IMG/VR virus record: IMGVR_UViG_3300022542_001175
DNA: 59,679 nucleotides
Direction: 5' to 3' (one strand)
Source of the DNA: a virus
Position numbers and translations under genes: made by a program. The notes under the pieces are model-generated. The model had not been told where the DNA came from. It searched no databases and saw only the letters and a list, made by a program, of their open reading frames with translations. Positions within the stretch are counted from its first letter, which is position 1, and every line of letters starts with the position of its first letter. Positions 16,458 through 25,476 of the stretch are shown piece by piece.

Positions 16458-16901
16458 TTATTTCTCCTTGCTTTTTTTGATTATTTCTTCAAAGATTTGG
16501 AGGATTTGTTCAGGAATCTCACACTCTCCTTTTTTTAATTTCTCAAGATATTCATCTGTTTTCTGTTTGAGACTTTTTGGTTTTTCTCCTGTTGATAGTT
16601 TTTTTATCAGACGTTTAAATTCTTTAGGAACGCTGAATTCTATATAAGCATAAGTAGAATCGAAATCATCGTCATAATCTGTGAGATAATTAGGATGTTC
16701 TACAATATCATCAGGAAAATAGCTTTCTCTATTTCCTCCTCCATTGCGTGTGAAGAGAATGATTTTTGTTCCATCCTCATTCAAATAAATGTCTCTGAAT
16801 CTTCCACTATTCCATCTGCTTCCTTTCTGATCAATATCTAAAATTGCAAGTAGGACAGGTGTTAAATAATTCATTCCATGTAAAATATTATAAAGACTCA
16901 T
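16458..16901 (-). CDS. hypothetical protein (147 aa)
   Basis: Packed ORF with AAAGGAGGAATCCAA upstream. It has a conserved-looking GRFRD...TRNGGGNRE...DDDFDSTYA block, but no family is named. Confidence 0.55.
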   Translation of the reverse strand: MSLYNILHGMNYLTPVLLAILDIDQKGSRWNSGRFRDIYLNEDGTKIILFTRNGGGNRESYFPDDIVEHPNYLTDYDDDFDSTYAYIEFSVPKEFKRLIKKLSTGEKPKSLKQKTDEYLEKLKKGECEIPEQILQIFEEIIKKSKEK

Positions 16902-16915
16902 TTGGATTCCTCCTT

Positions 16916-17143
16916 TTAAACAATTTTAAGATCATTATATTTTGTAGGAACAAACTCTGATTTTCCTTTGATATCAAGCGTGCTTTTTCCACACTTTTTA
17001 CATTTCCAACTAGGAGCTACATTGTCATGGAAATTCCTGTCATCATAACAAGCAGGATGCACTTCTATTTCTCCGCATCCTTCACACTGATACTTGCCAG
17101 TAAAATCTCTTCTATGTTGATTTATTTTTTCTATGAGTTTCAT
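16916..17143 (-). CDS. zinc-ribbon protein (75 aa)
   Basis: CEGC ... CKKC pairs. Confidence 0.55.
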   Translation of the reverse strand: MKLIEKINQHRRDFTGKYQCEGCGEIEVHPACYDDRNFHDNVAPSWKCKKCGKSTLDIKGKSEFVPTKYNDLKIV

Positions 17144-17150
17144 CCACTTC

Positions 17151-17918
17151 TCACTTTATCTTTTGTCCTAACTCATCGATGATTAAGCGGAGGAAATTTC
17201 TCGCTACTTTCATCTTTATGTTGTAATGTTTCATTTCAGATGCACTTGGAATATAATGTGATTTTTTATCCATTATAAACATGTATAGATTTTGAACAAT
17301 GAGTCTCGCTTTCTCTTCCATGAATTCATCATCTACTTCCAGCTTCAGCTCCACTTCTGGAATCGCTTCGATACATTTTTTGATAACATCTTGTTCATAA
17401 TTCAAATTATAAATGACATCTTCATAAGGCTTTCCTGCTCCATCTTCATCTATGGAATGATCACAAGAAACACTTTCCAGGACTATCTCAATCATGTCTT
17501 CAATCCATTTGATATTAGCGTCATGAAGCTTAACAAGATCCTTCTGTATCCTCTTTTGTATTAGCTGATATGCTAGCTCGCAGCGCTGTTGATGAGGACA
17601 TCCTGTCTCGCAAGAATAGTCATGTTCCTCTGCATGTTTTCGACATTCACTTCCCCAGTAATCTAATTGAGCTAATTGCTCCTTTCTGTGCAGCGTGACC
17701 AATTGGACTTTAGGAATATGCTTCAGGAGTTTATCCTTTGTGTGACAGCACCATTCTGTATGCAGCTTAACCATATTATGAGATGGAGATAATTCTTTGA
17801 TTATTCCTCTGAGGATCATTCCATCGAGATTCCTATCTCCTTTCTTATTCATAACTTGAACTTCAACAAAATCTCCGATTGCCATATCCTCTACTTTCCA
17901 GTATGTTTCTCTTTCCAT
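17151..17918 (-). CDS. hypothetical protein (255 aa)
   Basis: Long packed ORF. No family recognised. Confidence 0.6.
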   Translation of the reverse strand: MERETYWKVEDMAIGDFVEVQVMNKKGDRNLDGMILRGIIKELSPSHNMVKLHTEWCCHTKDKLLKHIPKVQLVTLHRKEQLAQLDYWGSECRKHAEEHDYSCETGCPHQQRCELAYQLIQKRIQKDLVKLHDANIKWIEDMIEIVLESVSCDHSIDEDGAGKPYEDVIYNLNYEQDVIKKCIEAIPEVELKLEVDDEFMEEKARLIVQNLYMFIMDKKSHYIPSASEMKHYNIKMKVARNFLRLIIDELGQKIK

Positions 17919-18187
17919 AATTTTTTCTCCTTTTGAGATCGCTCTGGAAGTTGACTCACTTTTCCTGAAGTAAGTAATTCAGTATAAACTGCTTCGATTA
18001 TTTCATTAAAGTGGATCAGATAATATTTCTTATCTATGTGAAAATGTAGTCCTGCTCCAGAATAAGTGATGTCCATTTTAATTCCTCCGCACTCCGCTTC
18101 AACTAAAGCTACTTTAAGAAATAATTCTCGCTCTCCATGTTCATATAAAGGAACTTCTATAGTTGCGATCTTTTTTCTTTTTCTCAT
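17891..18187 (-). CDS. hypothetical protein (98 aa)
   Basis: Packed ORF overlapping its neighbours. Confidence 0.5.
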   Translation of the reverse strand: MRKRKKIATIEVPLYEHGERELFLKVALVEAECGGIKMDITYSGAGLHFHIDKKYYLIHFNEIIEAVYTELLTSGKVSQLPERSQKEKKLWKEKHTGK

Positions 18188-18624
18188 CGCTTCTCCTTTT
18201 TTGCAGTCAATAATTTTCCTTCCATATATTTCTGAAAGAAAGTAATCTTGCCATCAAACATATATGGAAGGAAGATCTCCAGTGCTTGAGCTTGTCCTGA
18301 TGCTATGAGACTGAGCTGCGCATGAGTCCAGTCCTTTAATATTCTCCACGCTACTCTATAAGCTTTGTCCGCTCTTCTTTTCTCTGAATCTCTTTGAGCT
18401 CGGATTCCTTCAAACAAGATCTTCTCCACTCCTTCAACATTTGATGGAAGCTTGAACGCTTCATCCTGGAGCTTGAATGATAGACTGTGGACTCTTTGAT
18501 CAGGAGTGTATTCTTTGATGATTGCTGCAGCTCCAAAGAGCGTGAGCAGCTTCTCTATTTCTAGGATGCTCCTGTCTGCTGGAACTTCAGTCGTGTAATT
18601 TTTAATATTAAATTTTGCTTTCAT
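18184..18624 (-). CDS. hypothetical protein (146 aa)
   Basis: Packed ORF with a 4-nt overlap with the upstream gene. Confidence 0.55.
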   Translation of the reverse strand: MKAKFNIKNYTTEVPADRSILEIEKLLTLFGAAAIIKEYTPDQRVHSLSFKLQDEAFKLPSNVEGVEKILFEGIRAQRDSEKRRADKAYRVAWRILKDWTHAQLSLIASGQAQALEIFLPYMFDGKITFFQKYMEGKLLTAKKEKR

Positions 18625-19414
18625 CTTCCTTCTCTCTTTCTATGATCACTAAGATCTTATCTGTGTGTTCCTTTAGCTGCTTTAAGTGATAAAGGAAATC
18701 ATAATCAGTGGAAAGCTTCTTTCCTAGATCACAATATCTTTTGATCTCTAAGCATACTTCTTCATCTGTTCTTCCAGCATACATTCCACAGAGACTTTTG
18801 AGCTCCTGGAGAAACTCATCTAGATCTGCTTTGTTTTGCTTCCTTTCTTTCAGGATCTCTTTTGCTCGATCTTTAACTTCTTCCTTCCAGTCCGCTCCTT
18901 TTTTCTCTTCCAGGAGCTCATTGAAATGTTCCTGTGTCATCTTCTTTCCTAAGTACTTAATAGGAATTTTTGTGTGATAGATCGTATTTCCAAATTCCTT
19001 AGCAAACGCTTGAAAGAACTGGAACTGAATGGATTCCATCTCTCTCAGTACTGCTGGTTTTTTCTTCTTGATAGCGAAGCTCTTGTCCACATACATCAAT
19101 CCAGCGATCTCAGGAATCTCAGATCGATCAATCAGATTCCAGGGGCATACGTAATAAAATTCATGACTGATTTCTAGAGCGTATCTATGCTTCTTATTAA
19201 ATACTTCGACATCTCTTAGGAAATCTGATCGCTCCACTTTGATTTCAAAAGCTAGGATCTTATAATTCTTCATCCACAATCCTACTGCTACAGCGTCTAT
19301 GCAGCTATACGTTGCAGCAAAGCTAGTCATTGGACGGAACTGCTTGAAAAAAGCCCATCCAGCTCCTGAGAATCTCTCCTCTAAAGCTATTTCCACTCGC
19401 TCTGCTCCTATCAT
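18608..19414 (-). CDS. MmcB-like PD-(D/E)XK nuclease-fold protein
   Basis: IDAVAVG...ILAFEIKVERSDFLRD matches the MmcB-type D...E.K...SDF motif. Confidence 0.55.
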   Translation of the reverse strand: MIGAERVEIALEERFSGAGWAFFKQFRPMTSFAATYSCIDAVAVGLWMKNYKILAFEIKVERSDFLRDVEVFNKKHRYALEISHEFYYVCPWNLIDRSEIPEIAGLMYVDKSFAIKKKKPAVLREMESIQFQFFQAFAKEFGNTIYHTKIPIKYLGKKMTQEHFNELLEEKKGADWKEEVKDRAKEILKERKQNKADLDEFLQELKSLCGMYAGRTDEEVCLEIKRYCDLGKKLSTDYDFLYHLKQLKEHTDKILVIIEREKEDESKI

Positions 19415-19415
19415 T

Positions 19416-20051
19416 TTATCTCTTGCTCATTTTTTTGAAGTCCTCTCTCCTCCAGGAATCCATCCACGCTCTAGAATTCTCTCTATTCAGGAAGCGATAG
19501 TACTTCCTGTGGAGGATCTTTGTAGAAGCATAATTTTCTCCTGCTATGTCATTCCAGATATCGAAATAAATAATGTCAAACTTAGTTCCTTTTCTAGGAT
19601 TGAATTTGAATATATCAGCATGGATGATCTTCACTTTGTCATTCAGTGGAAGCTGCTTTGTGACAAGATCTATGATCTCTTTGTGGATCTCAACTACAAT
19701 TATAGATTCCACATTCTCTTTATCCTGGATGCTCATCAGTATTAATCCTATTCCAAGTCCAGCTATAAGCACTCTTCCATGCGCAGCAGCTACGAAATAC
19801 ATGTTGGATCTGATCTCCATTGGAGTATCCGTCATGACAGTCTCGCTCTTTTTATTATCACGCAGTCGAGTATAAACTCCAGGAACTAGATCATGATATT
19901 CATTAAACCAAAAGGAGCTCTGGAGCGCTGCTCCAAGTTTTCTTTTATTTACTTTATCCTGATCGAGATCTATGTGATCGATCTCAAAGCGCTTTCCTTT
20001 TATTCCTTCAGGAAAGTACTCCTTCATACTAAAAGCTTTTAATGTTTCCAT
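19416..20051 (-). CDS. SAM-dependent methyltransferase / spermidine-synthase-fold protein
   Basis: VLIAGLGIGLIL (motif I, GxGxG-like) and FDIIYFDIW (post-I/IV-like). Confidence 0.5.
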   Translation of the reverse strand: METLKAFSMKEYFPEGIKGKRFEIDHIDLDQDKVNKRKLGAALQSSFWFNEYHDLVPGVYTRLRDNKKSETVMTDTPMEIRSNMYFVAAAHGRVLIAGLGIGLILMSIQDKENVESIIVVEIHKEIIDLVTKQLPLNDKVKIIHADIFKFNPRKGTKFDIIYFDIWNDIAGENYASTKILHRKYYRFLNRENSRAWMDSWRREDFKKMSKR

Positions 20052-20242
20052 CCGATCTCCTTACTAGCTCTCACGTGTTCTGCATCTCCTATTTGCGCTC
20101 TCTTCTTCTTCATGACTTCAGCATAATAATCTCCGATTTCTCCCTGGAAAAAAGGATCTCCTGATGGAGCAGTTCTCCATCGAAAAAGAAGCTCATTATA
20201 AGTAGCATTGTCTATCCATTTTTTCATTTCTTTTTCATTCAT
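20039..20242 (-). CDS. hypothetical protein (67 aa)
   Basis: Packed ORF. Confidence 0.5.
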   Translation of the reverse strand: MNEKEMKKWIDNATYNELLFRWRTAPSGDPFFQGEIGDYYAEVMKKKRAQIGDAEHVRASKEIGWKH

Positions 20243-20408
20243 CTTCAGCTCCTTCTTTTTTAAACATCGCTTTCAGGATCTTACAGAGCTCATCGATTGT
20301 GTTAGCTATGCGTGTCTGTTCCTGCTTGTTTATTAAAAGAAATTTTTTATCGTCTGTCTGGACTATAGTGACTGAATAATCGCTTATAGATACTTTGTTC
20401 ATCTTCAT
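20235..20408 (-). CDS. hypothetical protein (57 aa)
   Basis: Hand translation gives MKMNKVSISDYSVTIVQTDDKKFLLINKQEQTRIANTIDELCKILKAMFKKEGAEDE. The ATG directly follows the upstream stop (TGAATG). Confidence 0.4.
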   Translation of the reverse strand: MKMNKVSISDYSVTIVQTDDKKFLLINKQEQTRIANTIDELCKILKAMFKKEGAEDE

Positions 20409-20636
20409 TCACACGTGGACATGATCTCTTATTAGATCCAGGATCTGATCCAGTGCAATAATCGCTACAGATAATTTGAAGTTGTATTTTGCCAGCTCTA
20501 CTTTCTGGACTGCTGGATCTCGATATGGAGTTCTCTTTCTTCTTCCTATCTCATCTTTCAAGTGAGAGATCCTAGCTTTAAAAACTATTTCCAGCTCTTC
20601 TGTGAGCTGCGTTTTTAATAATGTTTGTGATCCCAT
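20409..20636 (-). CDS. hypothetical protein (75 aa)
   Basis: Packed ORF that abuts 20637..20891. Confidence 0.5.
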   Translation of the reverse strand: MGSQTLLKTQLTEELEIVFKARISHLKDEIGRRKRTPYRDPAVQKVELAKYNFKLSVAIIALDQILDLIRDHVHV

Positions 20637-20891
20637 TTAGATTCCTCCTTTAAGATGTTTTTCTACAAGATCCGATAATCGATCCAGCTCGATTTGTTTC
20701 TCTTCCTCTATCTTCTGGATCTCGGATCTGATTTCTTTCTGAGCTTTCTCTATTCTACGATCCACATTCTTTTGAGTGATTCCTGCTCCTATCATCAATC
20801 CAATGACCAGGAAGACTAAGCAGCACGCTCCAGTGATGAGAGTCTGCGCTCCGCTCCAGTCTATTTTTTCTATTTTATTATGTTCATTCAT
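20637..20891 (-). CDS. single-pass membrane protein (84 aa)
   Basis: TM helix LITGACCLVFLVIGLMIGAGI followed by a coiled coil. Confidence 0.5.
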   Translation of the reverse strand: MNEHNKIEKIDWSGAQTLITGACCLVFLVIGLMIGAGITQKNVDRRIEKAQKEIRSEIQKIEEEKQIELDRLSDLVEKHLKGGI

Positions 20892-21117
20892 CGATAATTC
20901 CTACTCTTAGATCCTCAATTTTGAGCTCCTTCTGTGCTACTGTGCGAATCAGATGCTTCTTATCCTCCTCACTGAGTCTGTTCCATTCTAAAAGTGCCGT
21001 AGGAGTGAATTCAAATATGATATGAGCTGTGATCTCCGCTCTCACCATAGGAAAGACTTGCTTAGATTCCTTGAATACGAAGCTGCTCCTGTCTCCTTTC
21101 ACAGTAAATAATTTCAT
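20884..21117 (-). CDS. hypothetical protein (77 aa)
   Basis: Packed ORF. Confidence 0.5.
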   Translation of the reverse strand: MKLFTVKGDRSSFVFKESKQVFPMVRAEITAHIIFEFTPTALLEWNRLSEEDKKHLIRTVAQKELKIEDLRVGIIDE

Positions 21118-21159
21118 AGAATCCTCCTCAATAAAGAGTAATTATATAAACATAAAAGT

Positions 21160-21642
21160 TTATATAATTTCTCTTTCTCTAGTATCGACTGTAAATGCGA
21201 TCAGTCTAATTCCAGTTCTTTCTTTGTGTGTCCATCCTTTTTTGAGTCCATGTTCTTCAGCTTCAGCTTGTGATAAATCTCTATAGTCATTATTTAAATA
21301 GATCGCTAGAATCGAGCTTCCTTTTTTAGCTTTGTCTTCATGATAATCCTTGAGCGCTTGAATTACAGTAGGAAACATTTTGCTCATCCGCTCTTTCCAG
21401 TGAGGCGCTTCCATCAACTTTTTTCTTGCATCTGCTATTAGATCACTAAGCTTTCCTACTCTATCTTTTTCTACTCTCTCTTCCTCTTCAGAGAGTCTTA
21501 GCAGCGCATCGAGCTTATACTTCGCTTCTTTTAGATCTACAGTTCTCATCAGTGCAGCAGCAAGGACTTCAGCGAATTTCGTATAGAGCTCCTTATCACG
21601 ACTAGTTAAATCTTCAAAAGCTGTTTCGTGCATTTTTGTCAT
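21160..21642 (-). CDS. hypothetical protein (160 aa)
   Basis: Packed ORF with AAAGGAGGA upstream. Confidence 0.55.
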   Translation of the reverse strand: MTKMHETAFEDLTSRDKELYTKFAEVLAAALMRTVDLKEAKYKLDALLRLSEEEERVEKDRVGKLSDLIADARKKLMEAPHWKERMSKMFPTVIQALKDYHEDKAKKGSSILAIYLNNDYRDLSQAEAEEHGLKKGWTHKERTGIRLIAFTVDTREREII

Positions 21643-21751
21643 AAAATCCTCCTTTAAATTTTGGCTGCAGTACTCCTTTTCTTCAAAGCCTCATTATCAA
21701 GATGAGCGATGCAAGAGGAGAGAGAATATCTCATCCAGAGTACTGCACCAT

Positions 21752-22219
21752 TTATTTTTCCAAAAGTTTTATTCTTGATGTCATGAGCTGCTTCATTTCT
21801 TTTTCTGTTCTGTAGATCCTGTAACACTCTAGGAAGTGTTTCCTATCTCCAGGATGATCTTCATTCATGAAAGCAGTCCATCCTCCAAAAGCTTTATCTA
21901 TAACTTCTTTCACCATTGGATCTTCAAATTTAGGATGTTCTGATCCCCAGGATCTTGATATAATTTGATTCCATGCCAGGAGCGCTTTGTCTTCCATAGC
22001 TCCGAGCGCAGCATCTCTAATATCTGCTGGTTTAGGAAGACCATTATACTTTCTTGTCATAAGAACTTTTATCACTCCTTCTCTGATCAGCTCTATTTTA
22101 ATATCTCTGAGAAGATTGAAATATAATCCTACTCTTTCTTTCGATATCGGAACATCAGAGAACATTTCTTCCAGCGCTGCCATCAGCACAGAAAAATCCT
22201 TTAGATCATTTTGCTTCAT
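21752..22219 (-). CDS. hypothetical protein (155 aa), replication-module associated
   Basis: Overlaps the replisome-organiser-like gene by 14 nt. No P-loop. Confidence 0.55.
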   Translation of the reverse strand: MKQNDLKDFSVLMAALEEMFSDVPISKERVGLYFNLLRDIKIELIREGVIKVLMTRKYNGLPKPADIRDAALGAMEDKALLAWNQIISRSWGSEHPKFEDPMVKEVIDKAFGGWTAFMNEDHPGDRKHFLECYRIYRTEKEMKQLMTSRIKLLEK

Positions 22220-22940
22220 GAGTTCCTTTCTCTAGTTCTCCTTCATACCATTCCTTAATTCCTGAGAATCTCTGCTTATCAATTCCTTTTGTTCCTCCTT
22301 TATTCTGCTGCGAAGTAAGCCAGTTGACAATGAATCTCCTGTAGTTGGATTTAGCTTGAGCTGGATTAGCGAGTAACCATTCACGCATCTTATAGAGCTC
22401 TATGATAATGTCACACGCAGGATAAGCTTGCTTCCATCCTTTGATATGCTCTTCTTTGATGTTGATCCACTTAGCATCCTCAAAGGAAAAAAACATCTGC
22501 TTATCTTCCTTCCTTCCTTCCTTCCTTAAACTTAAACTTAACTTTAAACTTAAGAGAGGAGTACTCCTGGAGTACTGCTGGAGTAGAGCAGGAGTTCTCT
22601 TTCCATAAGGAGGAATAACAGATTCTGCTTCTCTATCTTTTCTTATAGTTTGAAAATCAAGAAAGCGCTCCATTTGTAGATAAGGAATATCCTTCACTGC
22701 ATATAAAGTGAGGAGCTCAACATCATCCATATCCACTAAACATTCTGCAATTTTCTTAACTGAATATTTTAATCTAGGAACACAATCCTCTTTTATATCC
22801 AGAGGATCTCCTGAGTAGCGTCCTTCACGATCCACGTGTGGATAGATCATGTGATATAGGAGTCTAGCTTTGTCTGTTTTTAGTGCTGCTAATTTTTTAG
22901 ATTTACTGATACGTCTATCCATCATGCGTCCTCTTGCCAT
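22206..22940 (-). CDS. replisome-organiser / replication-initiator-like protein (putative)
   Basis: The N-terminus (K.AALKTDKARLLYHMIYPHVDREGRY) resembles phage replisome-organiser / DUF4373-type N-terminal domains. This is a by-eye call. Confidence 0.5.
   Translation of the reverse strand: MARGRMMDRRISKSKKLAALKTDKARLLYHMIYPHVDREGRYSGDPLDIKEDCVPRLKYSVKKIAECLVDMDDVELLTLYAVKDIPYLQMERFLDFQTIRKDREAESVIPPYGKRTPALLQQYSRSTPLLSLKLSLSLRKEGRKEDKQMFFSFEDAKWINIKEEHIKGWKQAYPACDIIIELYKMREWLLANPAQAKSNYRRFIVNWLTSQQNKGGTKGIDKQRFSGIKEWYEGELEKGTHEAK
22505..22553. repeat. adjacent microsatellites (CTTC)x5.75 and (AAACTT)x~4 inside the replication gene
   Basis: cttccttccttccttccttcctt is followed by aaacttaaacttaactttaaactt. 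These encode LSLKLSLSLRKEGRKE. Confidence 0.9.
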
Positions 22941-23004
22941 TAGGAGAATCCTTTAGTAGCAAGATCCTACATGATCTGAATTCCTCTGCAGCATAAAATC
23001 CTCC

Positions 23005-23080
23005 TAAAAAAGAAATAAAGCGCTCCTCCTTTTGCGAAACTAAAGATAGTGAATTTACAGACAGAGGAAGAAGGAGCGCT
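23005..23080 (-). promoter_or_regulatory. terminator/attenuator-like hairpin with T-rich tail in the leader of the replication operon
   Basis: The arms 23019..23027 (AGCGCTCCT) and 23072..23080 (AGGAGCGCT) are complementary, with 3 extra bp. On the minus strand the hairpin is followed by TTATTTCTTTTTT. Confidence 0.45.
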
Positions 23081-23125
23081 CAATTGCAATGTCGTACAAG
23101 ATGAATTCACTATCACAGTGCTCAG

Positions 23126-23154
23126 ACTCTAAATTAGGGTAAATTTGATGTCAA
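23126..23154 (-). promoter_or_regulatory. sigma-70/sigma-A-type promoter candidate
   Basis: On the minus strand: TTGACA (23154..23149), a 17-nt spacer, then TAGAGT (23131..23126). It lies immediately after the stop of 23162..24541. Confidence 0.5.
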
Positions 23155-23161
23155 GGATTTT

Positions 23162-24541
23162 TTAATATCCTCTATCTATCTTAGCTCTCTCAAGTTTTGC
23201 TTTAAAATGTTCCAGCGCTTTCTTTCCATCCTCTTCAGTTTTAATATTAATGATCATCTGCTGATCTTCCTCTGTAGTCTGATATCCATATCCAGCGAAT
23301 AAACGATGTACAAGATTATTTAATTCAGTTCTGATCCTATCCAATTCTGTCTCTTTTGGATCTTGATCTGGAGCTTTCTTTGCGGAGATCTCTGTAGGAG
23401 ATTTTTTCTTAGCAGCTTTCTTCTCAGACTTTTTTGTTTCTGCTTCGAGCTTTTCAGCAAAATACTTATTGAGTTCTCTCATGCTATGAACAGTCATCTT
23501 TCCTTTGAGCTTTTTCTCTTCTTCTGGATCAAGTTTTATGTTCATAAATTCTAGAGTATTGAGAGTAGCTCTGAGCTGCGCTGCTAGCTTGTCAAACTCT
23601 ACTTTCTGTGGAGAGTCCTCTATATCATCTTCAGCTTCTATCGGAACTAGCTTAGGATCTCTAGCTTTCTCTTCTATTTTCTCTTCCTTCACTTCTTCTT
23701 TTTCTGGAATCTTTTCCTCTTCTTTTTCTACTGTAATTACATCATTATCAGGACGGATCACTTCTTCTTCTGATAGATCAGGAGCTGGAAGCTGGATCGC
23801 AGGAGCTGTGAAAGGAAGTGGCTCTGCAGTCTTTATGACATCATCCCAGGACTTATATTTACTCTTGTCCAGATCCAGGAACATAGGATAATGGATTCCT
23901 TTAGCGACTTGCTTTCCAGTCAAACGCTGCGTCTTTGTTTTCTCTCTTGTGAGCTGGAGGAAGACTGAGGAGATGTTGATCTTGTTAGAGTAGCATCTCC
24001 AGATTATTTCACGTATAGCATTGTTCAAGTTCACTATTGAATTGAAGCTCTGTGTCGAAATCTGATAGACTCTCATGCTGTTTTCAAGCTCTGAGATCCG
24101 CACATTCATGATAGCTGCAGCTCCGCATTTTCCATCTTCCAGATAGTTGCAAGGACAATCGATTTCCACTAGCTCTCCTTTATCAAAGTCCACACAATGA
24201 GCTTTAGTTCCGTCTCCTTTACACAGCAGCTTATCCATTCCATAGCGCTTGAGATCCTGAGAGAAGATCTGCTCCAGCTTATAGCTTAGAGGAAGCTTGA
24301 CGTGCAGCAGCTTAGGCTCTCCTGGATAAAACTCGATGAGCTCAGGACTGTCCTTCAGAACAAAATAATCCTCCTCATGCGGACGATGAATCCATCCAGT
24401 TCCTAGACACATCCTACATTCTGGATTTGCTCTTCCATCTTCAACACATCGACATCTTTTTTCTGTCTTGATCCTAGTTCCGAGACGGATCTTTCCTGCT
24501 CGCTGATAGCGAATAATGTCTGTGATTCCTTTTATCGGCAT
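23162..24541 (-). CDS. hypothetical protein (459 aa): Cys-cluster N-terminal domain plus E/K-rich linker plus C-terminal helical domain
   Basis: CRCVEDGRANPECRMCLGTGW and later CKGDG...C.DF...CPC...C clusters. No family named. Confidence 0.65.
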   Translation of the reverse strand: MPIKGITDIIRYQRAGKIRLGTRIKTEKRCRCVEDGRANPECRMCLGTGWIHRPHEEDYFVLKDSPELIEFYPGEPKLLHVKLPLSYKLEQIFSQDLKRYGMDKLLCKGDGTKAHCVDFDKGELVEIDCPCNYLEDGKCGAAAIMNVRISELENSMRVYQISTQSFNSIVNLNNAIREIIWRCYSNKINISSVFLQLTREKTKTQRLTGKQVAKGIHYPMFLDLDKSKYKSWDDVIKTAEPLPFTAPAIQLPAPDLSEEEVIRPDNDVITVEKEEEKIPEKEEVKEEKIEEKARDPKLVPIEAEDDIEDSPQKVEFDKLAAQLRATLNTLEFMNIKLDPEEEKKLKGKMTVHSMRELNKYFAEKLEAETKKSEKKAAKKKSPTEISAKKAPDQDPKETELDRIRTELNNLVHRLFAGYGYQTTEEDQQMIINIKTEEDGKKALEHFKAKLERAKIDRGY

Positions 24542-24951
24542 TTAATCCTCCGTTTGAATTTTATTTTCATTGCTTCTTTTAAAATTCCTCTTATCATGGG
24601 TCTAGAAATTCCTCCAGTTCCTAACCATGAATATATTAACCATTTTCTAAATTCCTTTATATCTCTAAGATTCAACTTTGCTCCTTTCAATGCTGGAGTT
24701 TGTATTGCTGGATGTCGAATTTTTGTTCTAGCTTTTGCTTCAATTCCACTCACTCTGCTTCCAGTTATTTTGAAAATAGCTCCAATTTCTTTTAGAGTAA
24801 AAATCTCTCCTAGAAGTCCACTTCGTAAAAAGAAAATAATAGCTTCTCTTCCTTCTAAAAATCTAAACGCATAAATCAGCGCATCTCCTAATTTTTCTGC
24901 GAGATGAGGATCTATTTTTTTCCAATTATTTCTAGAGACTTTCTTAGACAA
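24532..24951 (-). CDS. sigma-70 region-4-like HTH protein (possible phage sigma/anti-sigma-type transcription factor)
   Basis: REAIIFFLRSGLLGEIFTLKEIGAIFKITGSRVSGIEAKARTKIRHP parallels region 4.2 (rEr.il.lRfGl....tLeEiG..fgvTReRiRQIEakAlrKLRhp). Confidence 0.65.
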   Translation of the reverse strand: MSKKVSRNNWKKIDPHLAEKLGDALIYAFRFLEGREAIIFFLRSGLLGEIFTLKEIGAIFKITGSRVSGIEAKARTKIRHPAIQTPALKGAKLNLRDIKEFRKWLIYSWLGTGGISRPMIRGILKEAMKIKFKRRIKCR

Positions 24952-24954
24952 CTT

Positions 24955-25476
24955 TTAAATGTCTCCTTTTTTCACTGGATCACTTGTCTCGAACTGGAGC
25001 TCAGACGCATCTCCAAAGAATTCATCTTGACATTCTTGACATAGAGCAGAGATCCAGTATTCCTTTTCAGAGAGTGCGTCTTTGAACTCCTTAGCTTCCT
25101 TCCTGCACTTAACACAGAGCTTCTTTTCCAGCGCTTCTCCAGTACTTATTCCAAATACACTTTTAGCTGTGGAATCCAGGACGTTCTTTATTTTTTTGTT
25201 CTTAGCTTGATATCCATTCTGCTGCATTTTATCTTCCTGTGATTTGATTTCTCTACGTAACCATTCTTCAGGAGTCTCTCCTACTTTTTTGAGATTCACA
25301 AAGAAATCCACTAGCTTTCCACTAGTTGTAGGATTATCTTTGATCTTAATCTCCTCATCATTTGTAGTGATGGAGAATTTACAAGGAGGACAGAGCTCCT
25401 CTAATCGCTTGATCATCTTTGCTCTCTCCTCCTCTATATGTTTGAATCCTTCTTTAATTAATTGTTTAGCGTTCAC
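24955..25476 (-). CDS. hypothetical protein (173 aa) with C-terminal Cys4 motif
   Basis: CVKCRKE ... CQECQDE. Confidence 0.55.
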   Translation of the reverse strand: MNAKQLIKEGFKHIEEERAKMIKRLEELCPPCKFSITTNDEEIKIKDNPTTSGKLVDFFVNLKKVGETPEEWLRREIKSQEDKMQQNGYQAKNKKIKNVLDSTAKSVFGISTGEALEKKLCVKCRKEAKEFKDALSEKEYWISALCQECQDEFFGDASELQFETSDPVKKGDI

